64,000 bases of DNA from a virus. The position numbers were made by a program, and so were the translations under genes. Positions 28,845 to 38,833 of the stretch are shown here, in pieces. Positions within the stretch are counted from its first letter, which is position 1, and each line of letters opens with the position of its first letter. The notes beneath the pieces were generated by a model. That model was not told the DNA's origin, made no database searches, and was given only the letters and a program-made list of their open reading frames with translations. The stretch lies in IMG/VR virus record IMGVR_UViG_3300047287_000420, positions 20,286 through 84,285 of that record. The stretch is one strand, 5' to 3'.

Positions 28845-30080
28845 TCAGCTAGCCAGGATTACCCAGCCACTCTTAGGCCCTTCGACAAGGAATCGAGGTC
28901 CCAAGTTTTTCTTGGAATACAAGCGGTACTTCCCATCAGTAGAAACGTAAGACCCACCAATCAGATCGAGATCGCCGAAAGGATCATGCACCCAGAGTTT
29001 CTGGCGGTCTGCGGTGATGCCCACGCAGCAGATCCAGTGGCCGCCTCCAACAGGATTGGAGACCGGACCTTTGTGGAGGATGCCCATCGGAACAGGGATG
29101 CCTCGCTTGAGTTGTTGCTCGACGGTATCCCAGCTCGCATTCTGGACAAACTTAGCGTCGACACCAAAGTGCTTCAGAGTGTCCAGCTGAGCTGTAGCCG
29201 ATGTGGTATCACCGTACTTATACACCTCATTAATGTACTCATCGTCAGTCTCAATTGCGTCAGGATCGAGAGCCGCCAGGAGCATCGCACAACTGCTAGA
29301 GAAGCAGGTGCGCATGGGATCTTTCTTGTTATCTCGTTGAGAGAAGTAGGGAACAACTAGTTTGATCTCACCGTCTGTCTTAGGTGGTGTCTCCTGCGTC
29401 TCTAAGTCGTTAATAATCTTCCAGTGATCCGGGAAGAACCACCATTCAACTTCCGGTTGCTTTTCTAAAAGCACTCGTTGGTGGGCCTCGCCGGCATACA
29501 TCCTGATTTCAGTCCACTGCCACGCGCTGCCCTTAGGGACAAAAAGCTTCTCCTCAGCCTTCAGGGTGCTGGAGTCAACAGGGTGACGCTTGAGCCAAGT
29601 ATCACGCTTCGCAAGGAGAGACTTAGCCAAGAGAGGATGCTTCACCTTCTCTAAGAATAACTTTTTCTCCTCTTCCCGGCGCCTAACCAGGCCAGGGACA
29701 GCTTCATCACTGCCGGCTTTGACCCATCTGGCGAATTCACCTGCTACGACCTTGCGATCAGCTCCATGATTAAGCAGACGCAGCATTGTGCTGTTGACGA
29801 ACGCTGTCGGCCCGACATTAAACGTAAAAGAAACTAGTGCATCATATTCATTCTGATTAAGTTTTACGCTTACAAAACTACTGACTGTCTGCTGCGCACT
29901 CTCGGTGTCGGCCCACAGCAGACGCTCAGCTTCCTCTTCGGTGATGCGCATTCCTGGTTGCACATCAGAACCAGTATGCCCATAGCCGATAGTCAATACA
30001 CCGGCAGGACAGACATAGGCTGTCAGCCGAATACCTTCAAACTTTTTGATTAAATCTATCCCCTTCTGCGAAATACGCAT
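28845..30080 (-). CDS. modular endolysin: GH24 lysozyme plus C39-like peptidase
   Basis: FEG..AYVCPAGVLTIGYGHT, GLVRRR; C-terminal VPYFSQRDN..TCFSSSCAM, GGGHW, VHDPFG. Confidence 0.92.
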   Translation of the reverse strand: MRISQKGIDLIKKFEGIRLTAYVCPAGVLTIGYGHTGSDVQPGMRITEEEAERLLWADTESAQQTVSSFVSVKLNQNEYDALVSFTFNVGPTAFVNSTMLRLLNHGADRKVVAGEFARWVKAGSDEAVPGLVRRREEEKKLFLEKVKHPLLAKSLLAKRDTWLKRHPVDSSTLKAEEKLFVPKGSAWQWTEIRMYAGEAHQRVLLEKQPEVEWWFFPDHWKIINDLETQETPPKTDGEIKLVVPYFSQRDNKKDPMRTCFSSSCAMLLAALDPDAIETDDEYINEVYKYGDTTSATAQLDTLKHFGVDAKFVQNASWDTVEQQLKRGIPVPMGILHKGPVSNPVGGGHWICCVGITADRQKLWVHDPFGDLDLIGGSYVSTDGKYRLYSKKNLGPRFLVEGPKSGWVILAS

Positions 30081-30142
30081 TTGTCAAAATCTGCCTGTAT
30101 TTACTCTGGCAGAGTTTGACAATATGCGGCGTGAAATTTTAA

Positions 30143-30541
30143 TTAAGCGGCTGTAATTGTAACCCGGTACTCAGTCTCACTACGACCGGTACGGAACACA
30201 TAGAGAGTAGCGGTGTCGCCGTTGGTGACGCTATAAGTGAAGCTAGAGCTGCTGCGACGGGTGATCTTAGGGGCCTCAGCTGTGCCTGCCACGGTGCCGT
30301 CAGCTTTATAGACTTCCACTTTTTTCACAGCAAAAGCTTCAGCATCTAAGGTGATAGTCGCGGTGCCAGAGGTACCGAAAGTCAGGCTAAAAACGTCTGC
30401 CAGACCTAAGCCGCCATCACCAGCAAAAGAGCGGTAGTTGCCGATGGTGACGTTATTACCGTTCAGAGTGCGAAACTGGCCAAAACGAGTAATCCCTTCA
30501 GGGGCGACTCCCGTCTCACGATTGAAGGTAACTTCGGCCAT
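30143..30541 (-). CDS. putative virion beta-sandwich protein
   Basis: Thr/Gly-rich beta-strand pattern. Confidence 0.6.
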   Translation of the reverse strand: MAEVTFNRETGVAPEGITRFGQFRTLNGNNVTIGNYRSFAGDGGLGLADVFSLTFGTSGTATITLDAEAFAVKKVEVYKADGTVAGTAEAPKITRRSSSSFTYSVTNGDTATLYVFRTGRSETEYRVTITAA

Positions 30542-30580
30542 GGCTAAATTGGAGACACCTCGATATAAAGATTCTAAGGT

Positions 30581-30928
30581 ATGTATAACAAAGTAAACGC
30601 ACTTATCTACGAGCTGATTACCTTCTTATGTAGGTTTTATCCACTAAAACAAAAACCTTGGATCAGACGAATACTGGATTACTGCCGCCCAGATTGGGCT
30701 GCTTTTAGAGCTGAAGTTGCGATTAAAGAAGTCGACAAGCAAGTAGAAGCGCTCCACGAAGCGTGGGATAAGGAAGAAAAAGAAAAACAGAAGCCTATCT
30801 ACACCGAACTTCCGCCAGACGGAACTAAGGCGCAAGAGCTCTTAGGTGGTGAGATGCGACTCAGCGCCCCTTGGACTGTTGAGACTTCTGATAAGACTGA
30901 GCCTTCTTCTTCGCACGAACGCAATTAG
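30581..30928 (+). CDS. hypothetical protein
   Basis: 115-aa ORF; AQELLGGEMRL. Confidence 0.6.
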   Translation: MYNKVNALIYELITFLCRFYPLKQKPWIRRILDYCRPDWAAFRAEVAIKEVDKQVEALHEAWDKEEKEKQKPIYTELPPDGTKAQELLGGEMRLSAPWTVETSDKTEPSSSHERN

Positions 30929-31001
30929 GTACGTTCCGGCCGTCCTTCTTTTTGTAGCCTTCCTGAACGTAACCGTCCCAACAGGGTCCTTGCTTAACCA
31001 T
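30861..31001 (-). CDS. small basic protein (PCWDGY...VPNCV type, not in track)
   Basis: MVKQGPCWDGYVQEGYKKKDGRNVPNCVRAKKK...*. Confidence 0.65.
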   Translation of the reverse strand: MVKQGPCWDGYVQEGYKKKDGRNVPNCVRAKKKAQSYQKSQQSKGR

Positions 31002-31209
31002 TGTTCTTAGATTGCTTGTAGGCACGAGCTTTTCGACCAGCCCGCTTGGCCGCTTCCGTGTTTGCGACCTGAGTGTTCACGGGCTTGCCACGGGTGGCTT
31101 GTTTTTTCTTCTCGTCGGTCGCACGACGCTCTTCCGGGGACAGCGACGCCCAAGCTGCCCGAGGTAAATACCGCTCAGTACGGCCTTTTTCGCGTGCTAG
31201 GTCAGCCAT
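30994..31209 (-). CDS. small basic protein
   Basis: ERYLPRAAWASLSPEERRATD.KK. Confidence 0.7.
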   Translation of the reverse strand: MADLAREKGRTERYLPRAAWASLSPEERRATDEKKKQATRGKPVNTQVANTEAAKRAGRKARAYKQSKNNG

Positions 31210-31637
31210 TACTGGATCGGGCCTCCATAAAGCCAGGCGTCACAGCTTCGTTTAGCTGCGCACTTGAACTTGAAAAGCTGGCAGTAACCTAAGTCGGCTA
31301 ACTCCAGAACATCACGCGGATCCGCTGCGTTTGTTTCGTTTATACCTTTAAGTATGCACTGTTGGATTTGTGGCGACTGATCAAACGCCGCGCAGTTACC
31401 GCAGAGGGCCGACTTTGCGTGCTCGATATCTGTATTCCACAGGTCAGCTTTGTGCTCCCAGAAACCAGGATCCGGATAATCTGGGTTCAGAGGCCCGTAA
31501 GCAAACTTATCAATAGTCCAGTTACGATTTTCTGTGTTCTCCTCAACGTCTAACGTTGCCGTAGGGCAGCTGGGAGACTTTGAAGTAATTTCTTTTTCAA
31601 GAAATACCTGAGAGCGAATAGGAGTACTTGGTTCCAT
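31209..31637 (-). CDS. Cys-rich protein (possible metal/Fe-S binding)
   Basis: CGNCAAF...GYCQLFKFKCAAKRSCDAW. Confidence 0.75.
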   Translation of the reverse strand: MEPSTPIRSQVFLEKEITSKSPSCPTATLDVEENTENRNWTIDKFAYGPLNPDYPDPGFWEHKADLWNTDIEHAKSALCGNCAAFDQSPQIQQCILKGINETNAADPRDVLELADLGYCQLFKFKCAAKRSCDAWLYGGPIQ

Positions 31638-31867
31638 CAGGACTCACCGCCTTTTTCGTACTCTTCCCGAGTCTGCCAATCTTCCTTAGACCATTTGCTC
31701 AGGCGGTTTTCAGAAGACTTTTTGCCCTCGTAACGCCCACCGGACTCCTTGTAGTACTTCGTTGCCAATTGCATGGCACGTGCAGAATGGCCGCCAAGCT
31801 TTTTCCGTGCTTTAGCTTTGGCTCTGGCCCACTTTTCGGGATCTTTTTTCTGAGCTACTTCAGCCAT
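31637..31867 (-). CDS. small basic protein
   Basis: SARAMQLA..YK..GG.Y.G, L.KW.KEDW. Confidence 0.7.
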   Translation of the reverse strand: MAEVAQKKDPEKWARAKAKARKKLGGHSARAMQLATKYYKESGGRYEGKKSSENRLSKWSKEDWQTREEYEKGGES

Positions 31868-32127
31868 CAGTCCCGACCTTCCGTATTACGTTCAAACTTA
31901 CGGCCGGCTTTACGCTCTTCTTTATATTTTTTGGCCCGCGTTTTGGCACGCGTAGCTTTAGACATCTCGCCGCGCCGATCACCTTTTTTAGTCGCCTCCT
32001 GGGTGCCTTCTTTCAGGTCGCCGGAGCGCTGAAGTTGCTTGGTTGCGATTGCATAAGCCGAAGATTCCGACATCTTCGGATTTTCTTTCATAATCGACTT
32101 GACTGCGTCGTCGAGTATGGCGGGCAT
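31867..32127 (-). CDS. small basic protein
   Basis: SAYAIATKQLQ.G; Lys/Arg-rich tail. Confidence 0.7.
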   Translation of the reverse strand: MPAILDDAVKSIMKENPKMSESSAYAIATKQLQRSGDLKEGTQEATKKGDRRGEMSKATRAKTRAKKYKEERKAGRKFERNTEGRD

Positions 32128-32171
32128 AGATATATAAATGCTCTTAGAATTCTACTAGCTGGATTAGAACC

Positions 32172-32351
32172 ATGATTAATCATCTTACGGAAAACTGGAC
32201 CGAAATCGTAGGTGTTTTGGCCGCTCTGCACATGCTGGCGCTAGCCATCGTCAACGTCACTCCGACGCCAAAAGACGATGAACTCTATGGCAAACTGTAT
32301 AAGGTTATCGAAGTAATTGCTGGTATCATTACCAAGCTGGCTAAAAAATAA
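32172..32351 (+). CDS. holin-like small membrane protein (59 aa, not in track)
   Basis: MINHLTENWTEIVGVLAALHMLALAIVNVTPTPKDDELYGK...LAKK*; TM helix followed by TPTPKDD. Confidence 0.65.
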   Translation: MINHLTENWTEIVGVLAALHMLALAIVNVTPTPKDDELYGKLYKVIEVIAGIITKLAKK

Positions 32352-32717
32352 TTAGGCGGCCACGGGGCTCGGTTCCCAGTAAACAGGCACTAACGAAAAA
32401 GGAGCGTCTTCTTGTTGGTTGACCCAACACAGAATACGCTCCTCTCTTTCTGGTGTCCAGAAGTACTGAGACCTGTACCAGGTGCACCAGTCTTCTGAAC
32501 TTTTAAGGATGTTGCAATCGCCGCAGGCTGCGATGAGGTTTTTTCTAGTGGTAGCTCCCCCACGGGCTTTTGGCACAACGTGATCTAACGTTGTCGGATT
32601 TTCTTTACCGCAATAAGCGCAACAGCCCCAATCCTCAAATATTTGCTTTCGAAATCTCTTTTTGGCAAACCGCTTCTGTAAACAAGAAAGGTCAAAAAGA
32701 AGATCCCGTTCGCTCAC
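32352..32717 (-). CDS. McrA-type HNH endonuclease
   Basis: CAYCG, TLDHVVPKARGG, NLIAACGDCN..K. Confidence 0.9.
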   Translation of the reverse strand: MSERDLLFDLSCLQKRFAKKRFRKQIFEDWGCCAYCGKENPTTLDHVVPKARGGATTRKNLIAACGDCNILKSSEDWCTWYRSQYFWTPEREERILCWVNQQEDAPFSLVPVYWEPSPVAA

Positions 32718-32828
32718 AAGTGTGAGTGCGGCTACACTTATTCTACCGAAATAATCGTAATTTACAGCTCGGCACTATCCACATCTATTAAAAAACAATC
32801 TGTGAGTTTGTAGTGCTTCCTTTAAAGT

Positions 32829-33356
32829 TTAAATAATCAAGTTTGTACCGGTCTCGCCAGAAGGAGCTGGTTGCGCGGGAGGCCATTGGGGCCAGTAGCT
32901 GTAGTCTGTTGTAGATCCACCGGATGGAGTTGCGTAAGTTATGTAATTAGCAAGTTGGTCCGTGGTTTGAGTATTTCGAATTTCTAAAACTTTTGTTTCG
33001 CAGTAAACACGGATCTCCTGGCGCCAACTTTTAAGTCCACTCGGTACTGGAGTTCCGTTATCTGTTTCCCGGATAACAGTCCAATCGGACGGAACTAAAA
33101 TAGTATTAGCAGTATAACGAGTTTGATCAACCCAACCAGATACTAAAACTCCATGATCTTTGGGGATTAGAGTACCGCTTGCGGTATAACCCCAATAAAA
33201 CCGTTGATCGTAATACGGAGGATCTGGTACTTCAGTAATTCCAATCGCTTCGCGCTCCTCGACAGAGGAAAGACGCAGCCAGTTAGCTGGGTACTGAATA
33301 CCGTTATGAGTAAAAGCCTGATCAGGAGACAGAGGCTTACCGTCTAACAGAAACAT
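32829..33356 (-). CDS. tail fibre assembly/chaperone-like protein
   Basis: GIQYPANWLRL, YDQRFYWG, SDWTVIR; directly downstream of the fibre gene. Confidence 0.7.
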   Translation of the reverse strand: MFLLDGKPLSPDQAFTHNGIQYPANWLRLSSVEEREAIGITEVPDPPYYDQRFYWGYTASGTLIPKDHGVLVSGWVDQTRYTANTILVPSDWTVIRETDNGTPVPSGLKSWRQEIRVYCETKVLEIRNTQTTDQLANYITYATPSGGSTTDYSYWPQWPPAQPAPSGETGTNLII

Positions 33357-33439
33357 AACTCAGCCTTTTTTGTAATTATAGCCTACAACAATAAGTTGAC
33401 TGGTGCTAACCTCTGCCCACGCTGTAATCGTGTTAACTA

Positions 33440-35761
33440 CTAGCGGGCGCGGGCGTATTGGAAGGGGTTTTCTGCGAAGGCAGCGTATAAATACGTATTG
33501 GACGCCCCATTGACCAAAATATTACTGGATCTGATCTTAAATCCATTCGAAAGAATATCAGTGCCATACGCTGCGTTGTCATCTTCGCCCAGATTTAAGT
33601 TGGGGAACAACGCACGAGAAGCAACATTGAAAGAAGAGCGTTGCGTATCCAAAACTAGCCAGTTGTTTGTGTTACTGGCGGTGTAGTTTTTGATCATTAT
33701 CCATCTTGGCCTGAATCCTGTATAAACAAACGCGCCATCGGTGGTGCCAGTGCCAGTGTAACTGCCAAATGCGCTGTACCCAGCTACTGGGGCAAAGCAG
33801 TAGGCGACAAAAGTTCCGCCCGAGCCATTCACGTCTCCTTCAGAACCAAGGGTAAAAACTGTTGAACTCGGTGCTGTATCGTTAAACTGGCCCGCAGACC
33901 TAAAAGCTGCAGTAGCTGTAAAGAAAATTCCATTAAGCCACGTTAGGCTGGTGTGTCCTATGTACCAGTTTGTTGATGTGCTTCTCCGTTTGATAATGAT
34001 CATGCCATTGCTGAGGCCGACTAAGCCGCCGTGCCCCACAGTTGCTCCAGCGGAACCTGTCCCCGTATAAGTAACAATCGAAAAGCCTGCACTAGTATTA
34101 GCCCTCACTTGCGAGCTGATCGTGCCGCTAGTGTTGGTGACTGTTGATGAGCCGGCGTCCCAGCACCATCCTGCAAAGGTGCCGTTGTTTACATTGTAAG
34201 ATGAGTTACCTCCTAATGAAAATCCATCACTCGTAAAGGCGGTCAATCCGTTGACCTCGGTAGTCTCTAGATCAAGTTTGTTGGGTCTGAGTTCTTTTGT
34301 GGCACCGCGAACTACATCAGTCATTAAGTGGTCGTAGGTGCTGCTGCGCGATTTAATCCAAACTAGATCCGGCGAGAATCCCAGTCCAGAAATCGTCCTC
34401 GCTGCACCGGTGCCGGTGTAGAGCGTCACATCCATCACCGTGTTACCTTTGGCAATCGTCGGCGTTGGCAGGTTGGTGTCGCACAGAGCCTTGAAGCCGC
34501 TGGGGGCGGTGTAGGCGAAGGGGCGTTGGCCGAAGTTGACCCAAGCCGAGCTGCCGCCAGAACTCAGCGCGGGGAAGTAATCATTAGCTGGAATGCCAGA
34601 GAAGGTATAAACAGACGCACCGTTTTTGTATATGGTTGCTGTACCAGAGTCCGCGTTAAAAGCAACGCCAACAACATCGCCAGCAGCGTATGTAACGGTA
34701 GAGCCCGACGCAGTAATACCCGCGCTAGAACGACGCCCTCCTGTGGTGTCTAAGCCAAAATAGGCAGTGCCGCCTGATCCGATGTAGTCTTTACCCCAAT
34801 CGCTTGTAACAAAGCCAGTGGTTATCCCGTAAGAGATAAATGAGTCTATTGACGCTTCAAAATACCATTTGCCTGTCCGTACTCCGAACGTGGCAAAAGT
34901 TCCGTAGTTGGTACCGGCACTTGCTAGCGATAAGTTGAGATTGCCATTGCTAAGGTTTGCGTTCGAGTCTCTGTTTAGTGGATTAAGCGTGCAGTAGTTC
35001 CCCCTCACCTCCCCACCAGCGCCTGAATCACCGCCATAAGAAGTTGGGCTATCTACCAGGGAATCGTTGCCTACACCAGCGGTGACGCTGAGGTTATTGG
35101 GCGTCCAGTTATTGCCGTTACCACTGGTGTCTTTACCTAGCGTGGTGGCGGTGTTGCTGCTGTTATCCGCAAACTTGAGCTGGAAGCCGTTGTTGCCGTA
35201 GCTGCCGTTGTATGCCTTGGGCACCCACTGGCCGGTGGTGGCGTTGGTTTCAGCGAAGCTCGACGGGGTTAGGGCTTGGCCATCGATGAAGTGGATGTCA
35301 GCAAGATAGCCATTGAAGAACTGAGCAGAATTGCCGCCAATGCGATGCACGGCCGCCGAATTGATTGAAGTATTTGTAAAAGTACCACTAGCGACGCTTA
35401 CATTGTTGACGTAAATTGTATGCAATGTGCCGCTTTGCGTAAAAACAATATGATACCAAGCGCTAAAATCGCGAAAAACAGCATCTGTAAGCAACTGCTG
35501 AGTCCCTGAAACAGTCATGCTCAGGAACTCGCTATTGAAGCGCCAGCAGTTAGAAGAATCGACGCCAAATATGTGCTGTGCTCCAGAAGCAGATGTTCGC
35601 TTGCACCAGAATGAAAAGGTGTAAGTGCCTTGGGATGTCGGGGTGCTGAACGTGCGACTTAAGCTAGTCGAATCCGCCGAGTTAAACCGCAACGACCGGC
35701 TGATCTGATACCCTGTATCTGCCGCAGAACCTAAAAGAAGCTCAGAACCAATAATACTCAT
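33440..35761 (-). CDS. tail fibre / receptor-binding protein with LamG and SPRY-like domains
   Basis: SRSLRFNS, WYHIV, GKWYFE SPRY-like segment, YTGTG repeats, PDLVWIKSR, YAAFAENPF terminus. Confidence 0.85.
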   Translation of the reverse strand: MSIIGSELLLGSAADTGYQISRSLRFNSADSTSLSRTFSTPTSQGTYTFSFWCKRTSASGAQHIFGVDSSNCWRFNSEFLSMTVSGTQQLLTDAVFRDFSAWYHIVFTQSGTLHTIYVNNVSVASGTFTNTSINSAAVHRIGGNSAQFFNGYLADIHFIDGQALTPSSFAETNATTGQWVPKAYNGSYGNNGFQLKFADNSSNTATTLGKDTSGNGNNWTPNNLSVTAGVGNDSLVDSPTSYGGDSGAGGEVRGNYCTLNPLNRDSNANLSNGNLNLSLASAGTNYGTFATFGVRTGKWYFEASIDSFISYGITTGFVTSDWGKDYIGSGGTAYFGLDTTGGRRSSAGITASGSTVTYAAGDVVGVAFNADSGTATIYKNGASVYTFSGIPANDYFPALSSGGSSAWVNFGQRPFAYTAPSGFKALCDTNLPTPTIAKGNTVMDVTLYTGTGAARTISGLGFSPDLVWIKSRSSTYDHLMTDVVRGATKELRPNKLDLETTEVNGLTAFTSDGFSLGGNSSYNVNNGTFAGWCWDAGSSTVTNTSGTISSQVRANTSAGFSIVTYTGTGSAGATVGHGGLVGLSNGMIIIKRRSTSTNWYIGHTSLTWLNGIFFTATAAFRSAGQFNDTAPSSTVFTLGSEGDVNGSGGTFVAYCFAPVAGYSAFGSYTGTGTTDGAFVYTGFRPRWIMIKNYTASNTNNWLVLDTQRSSFNVASRALFPNLNLGEDDNAAYGTDILSNGFKIRSSNILVNGASNTYLYAAFAENPFQYARAR

Positions 35762-36855
35762 GATAAGTTACTAATAAAGGCAGCAGCAATATTAGACGAG
35801 GTGCGAGTTGCGTATGCAATTACGTCAACACCAGAAACAGTGGTGGTTAAAGTTGGGGGTGTTCCGTCTTTAAAGTCCCACTCAGATGCGTAGCTGGCTG
35901 TGCGGCTACCAACGGAATCTTGTTGAATATAGATTACACCAGACTGACCCTCTTTTAAATCAGAGGGAGTATTTAAAGTCGAAGTTCCTCCAAGAATCAT
36001 CGAAAAGTTATTGGCTGCCGAGAAATCAAGGGTTACCGTCCCACTAACGAGACCCAGACCACTAACCACGCCGCGCTGGGCTCGCTGGAAAAGCTGTACT
36101 TTTTCTAATGTTGCTTCGGTTTGCCAATTGATCGGATGGTTTGTATAAACCTCTACCCCAGATGTAACAGTGTTATATCGAAGGATGCCTAAATTTCCAG
36201 CAGGTCGTTGACTATTGTCTCCCTGAGGTATGTCAACCCCTCTAGATGATGTAAAACTGGCGACACCGCTAGCGTCGACTTTAAAGACTTGAACACCGCC
36301 AGCTGTAAGTGCTAGTTCATCAGTAGCACTAAGATATAGACCTGTATTAGTGTCGCCCACGCCGATGCCTGGCGACGCGGCAGAACCAGCAACAAATACA
36401 ATCTGTCCAGTTGCCGTATCTCCGCTTCGAATTAAACGAGTATCGGCCGAAGATAAAGCTGCATTACCGGAAGATAAAGCAGTCGAAGCAAGCGATAAAG
36501 CTGAATTACCACTTGCAAGTGCGGTTTGTGCAGTTGTCTGAGCAGACGCCGCATTAGTAAGAGCTGCGTTCCCCGAAGCCAACGCCGCCGTACCGACAGT
36601 TAAAGCAGCATTACCCGATGCCTGAGCTCTCCCGTCTATACCAAGTTGGGCAGAATCTCCAGTTTGAACCCAAATTAAACCGCTGGGATTAACAGCTAAC
36701 TCAACATCTAAACGAATATTTGTACTTACATCACCGCCGCCGGCTAAACCGCTTCCTGCAGTTACAACACCAGCCGAGACTCCAATAACGGAATCACCAT
36801 CAGGTAACTCAGAAGTTAAACCACTGACTAAAACTAGCGGCCGACGCTGAGCCAT
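35758..36855 (-). CDS. tail fibre stalk with heptad (A/S)SGN(A/S)AL repeats
   Basis: Four repeats spaced 14/21/14 aa; C-terminal domain shared with 39949..41466. Confidence 0.75.
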   Translation of the reverse strand: MAQRRPLVLVSGLTSELPDGDSVIGVSAGVVTAGSGLAGGGDVSTNIRLDVELAVNPSGLIWVQTGDSAQLGIDGRAQASGNAALTVGTAALASGNAALTNAASAQTTAQTALASGNSALSLASTALSSGNAALSSADTRLIRSGDTATGQIVFVAGSAASPGIGVGDTNTGLYLSATDELALTAGGVQVFKVDASGVASFTSSRGVDIPQGDNSQRPAGNLGILRYNTVTSGVEVYTNHPINWQTEATLEKVQLFQRAQRGVVSGLGLVSGTVTLDFSAANNFSMILGGTSTLNTPSDLKEGQSGVIYIQQDSVGSRTASYASEWDFKDGTPPTLTTTVSGVDVIAYATRTSSNIAAAFISNLS

Positions 36856-36883
36856 GATTTAAAACCTCTTTAGTAAGTATAAC

Positions 36884-37387
36884 TCAGGGTACGAGAATGA
36901 CGGGCGCTGATATTTCAATTTGAAGTTCAGTCGCACTTACAGCTGTACCTAGAATTACAAGTGCACCATACCCACTTGCTGCAACAACTGTACCAGAGCT
37001 AGTGGCGTAACGAGTTAACTTACCTTTGTACTTCGAAAGATAATAAGTATCGCCAGGTACTAAAGAAGATTCGCCAATAATATTTGCTGACGACACCGTA
37101 GCAGTATCATCAAGAATTATACCGACAGTTGCGTTCTGCGAGGCAGAAGTAGCAGTAAGTCCCACTGCATTATATTCAGCGGCAGAAGCACCAGAAGCAG
37201 CAGTCGCGGGTACAGCCCACGTGCCGCTCACAAAAACAACGTCACCCTGCGCCAGATCTTGCGCAGCCAACAAGTTCTGTGTGCTACTTAAAGTGGTCGA
37301 AACACTAGACCCATTAAGCAACCAAACTTCAGTACCGTTCGGGGTATACGAGGTGTAGCGCCGATTAAATAACGATCTGTCCGTCAT
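36884..37387 (-). CDS. virion decoration/fibre-base protein
   Basis: AQGDVVFV, LVPGDTYYLS, LGTAVS; paralog of 37437..37826. Confidence 0.65.
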   Translation of the reverse strand: MTDRSLFNRRYTSYTPNGTEVWLLNGSSVSTTLSSTQNLLAAQDLAQGDVVFVSGTWAVPATAASGASAAEYNAVGLTATSASQNATVGIILDDTATVSSANIIGESSLVPGDTYYLSKYKGKLTRYATSSGTVVAASGYGALVILGTAVSATELQIEISAPVILVP

Positions 37388-37436
37388 GCGCCGACACGAA
37401 CTAATACTGCTCTAACAATATTAGACGATTAAATTA

Positions 37437-37826
37437 CTACAGACCGGAGGCGCTGACAAAAAGAGGATTACTTACTTCAACTTCAAGCCCCGAGCTGCTA
37501 ACAGCGCGGCCGACGCGTGTTAAGTAAGCACCGACAAGCGAGCTACCAGCTAAAGAAGTAATCCAGCTGGGATACTGAGTGATCGAACCGGACGTTAAAG
37601 AGAGATATTGGTACTCACCAGGAGTAAACCCGCTAAATGTTGTAGAAACACTATCGGGGTTTACTCGAATAAGGGAGCCGACAGAGCCTGAATCAAGAGC
37701 GATGCCGGCCACAGTGGCCTGAGGTGCAGTTAAAGCACTTGCTTTATAAACCAAACCATTAGAGCTGACGTAGACAGCGTTATTAGCAGAGATTGTTTCT
37801 CCAGCTACAAAAGAAAGAAGCGCCAC
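37437..37826 (-). CDS. virion decoration/fibre-base protein (paralog)
   Basis: AGETISANNAVYV, FTPGEYQYLS, VGRAVS. Confidence 0.65.
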   Translation of the reverse strand: MALLSFVAGETISANNAVYVSSNGLVYKASALTAPQATVAGIALDSGSVGSLIRVNPDSVSTTFSGFTPGEYQYLSLTSGSITQYPSWITSLAGSSLVGAYLTRVGRAVSSSGLEVEVSNPLFVSASGL

Positions 37827-37852
37827 TACGCACCTTAACAGTTAGTGTAATT

Positions 37853-37978
37853 TTACTTCCCTTGGCCTCTGTAGCGTTTCTTCCCCCGTCGTTCTGGACG
37901 GGAGTTAATTCCGTGTCCAATCGATGTTGTCTTAGGCTTGGACTCAATTTTGTTAAGTACGCCTTTTGGTTTAGCCAT
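37853..37978 (-). CDS. small basic peptide (41 aa, not in track)
   Basis: MAKPKG...KKRYRGQGK*. Confidence 0.55.
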   Translation of the reverse strand: MAKPKGVLNKIESKPKTTSIGHGINSRPERRGKKRYRGQGK

Positions 37979-38025
37979 AAAAAAGAATTTGATCAGGCAC
38001 GACTATAGGAGATAAAACCCTCAAG

Positions 38026-38826
38026 TCAAGAAACGTTGTTCATTGTCACAATAACAGAAGGAATACCAGGAATTGAAGGCGATACAGAACCACTAGCAGC
38101 CACTAACTTTACATTAGTATCAGAAGAGTACCAGTATATTTGGGCGTATTCATTTGTGTTCATGCTTAAGAAAAAGTTCCACGCGGCAACTTGGCGCTCA
38201 GAAGAACCCTCTACAACAACTGTTGTGTTACTCCAAGGCACATCAGTTCCATTCTTGCGTAACCAAATATCAACAGTTGCTTTATTAGCACTAGATTTTT
38301 CTAATTGCGTAGAGAACTGTATGTCATATACCCCTGAGTTGGCGACACGGAGCATCGAGCCAGAAACAACTGTGATTCCACGCGAATCGGCGATGTTGTT
38401 ATACGTAAAAGCGTTGCCACTCACAGAGGCATTCGTCTGAGTTGTGGTGTCAAAAGCATTAAGTAGATAGGTTTGATAAACAGCGCCGCTAGGACCAGTG
38501 GCTCCTGTCGAACCTATAACTCCGGTGGGACCTGTAACCCCTAATGGGCCGGTAGGGCCGATTGGACCGGTCGCACCAACAAAACCAGAAGCAACAATGT
38601 TTGACGCTATACCGCTGACAGCAACAGTAAAACCTGGAAGTTTTTCAAGAGAATTCTGAATTCCGCTAAGTGAGATTTGTTTGGGTTGTGCAAGTGCTTG
38701 AACTTCTTCAAGATCAAGCACAAGGAATACATCATCAGTTGTTACTTCACGAGTCTCATTAAGATCTACGAGCGACTGAGACAGACGATTAAAGTCCAGA
38801 GCTTTATTAAGATTCTTCCTAACCAT
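38026..38826 (-). CDS. short collagen-repeat protein with BclA/C1q-like C-terminal domain
   Basis: About 10 G-X-Y triplets then a beta-rich head ([19 protein letters not shown]). Confidence 0.8.
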   Translation of the reverse strand: MVRKNLNKALDFNRLSQSLVDLNETREVTTDDVFLVLDLEEVQALAQPKQISLSGIQNSLEKLPGFTVAVSGIASNIVASGFVGATGPIGPTGPLGVTGPTGVIGSTGATGPSGAVYQTYLLNAFDTTTQTNASVSGNAFTYNNIADSRGITVVSGSMLRVANSGVYDIQFSTQLEKSSANKATVDIWLRKNGTDVPWSNTTVVVEGSSERQVAAWNFFLSMNTNEYAQIYWYSSDTNVKLVAASGSVSPSIPGIPSVIVTMNNVS

Positions 38827-38833
38827 TTTTCGG

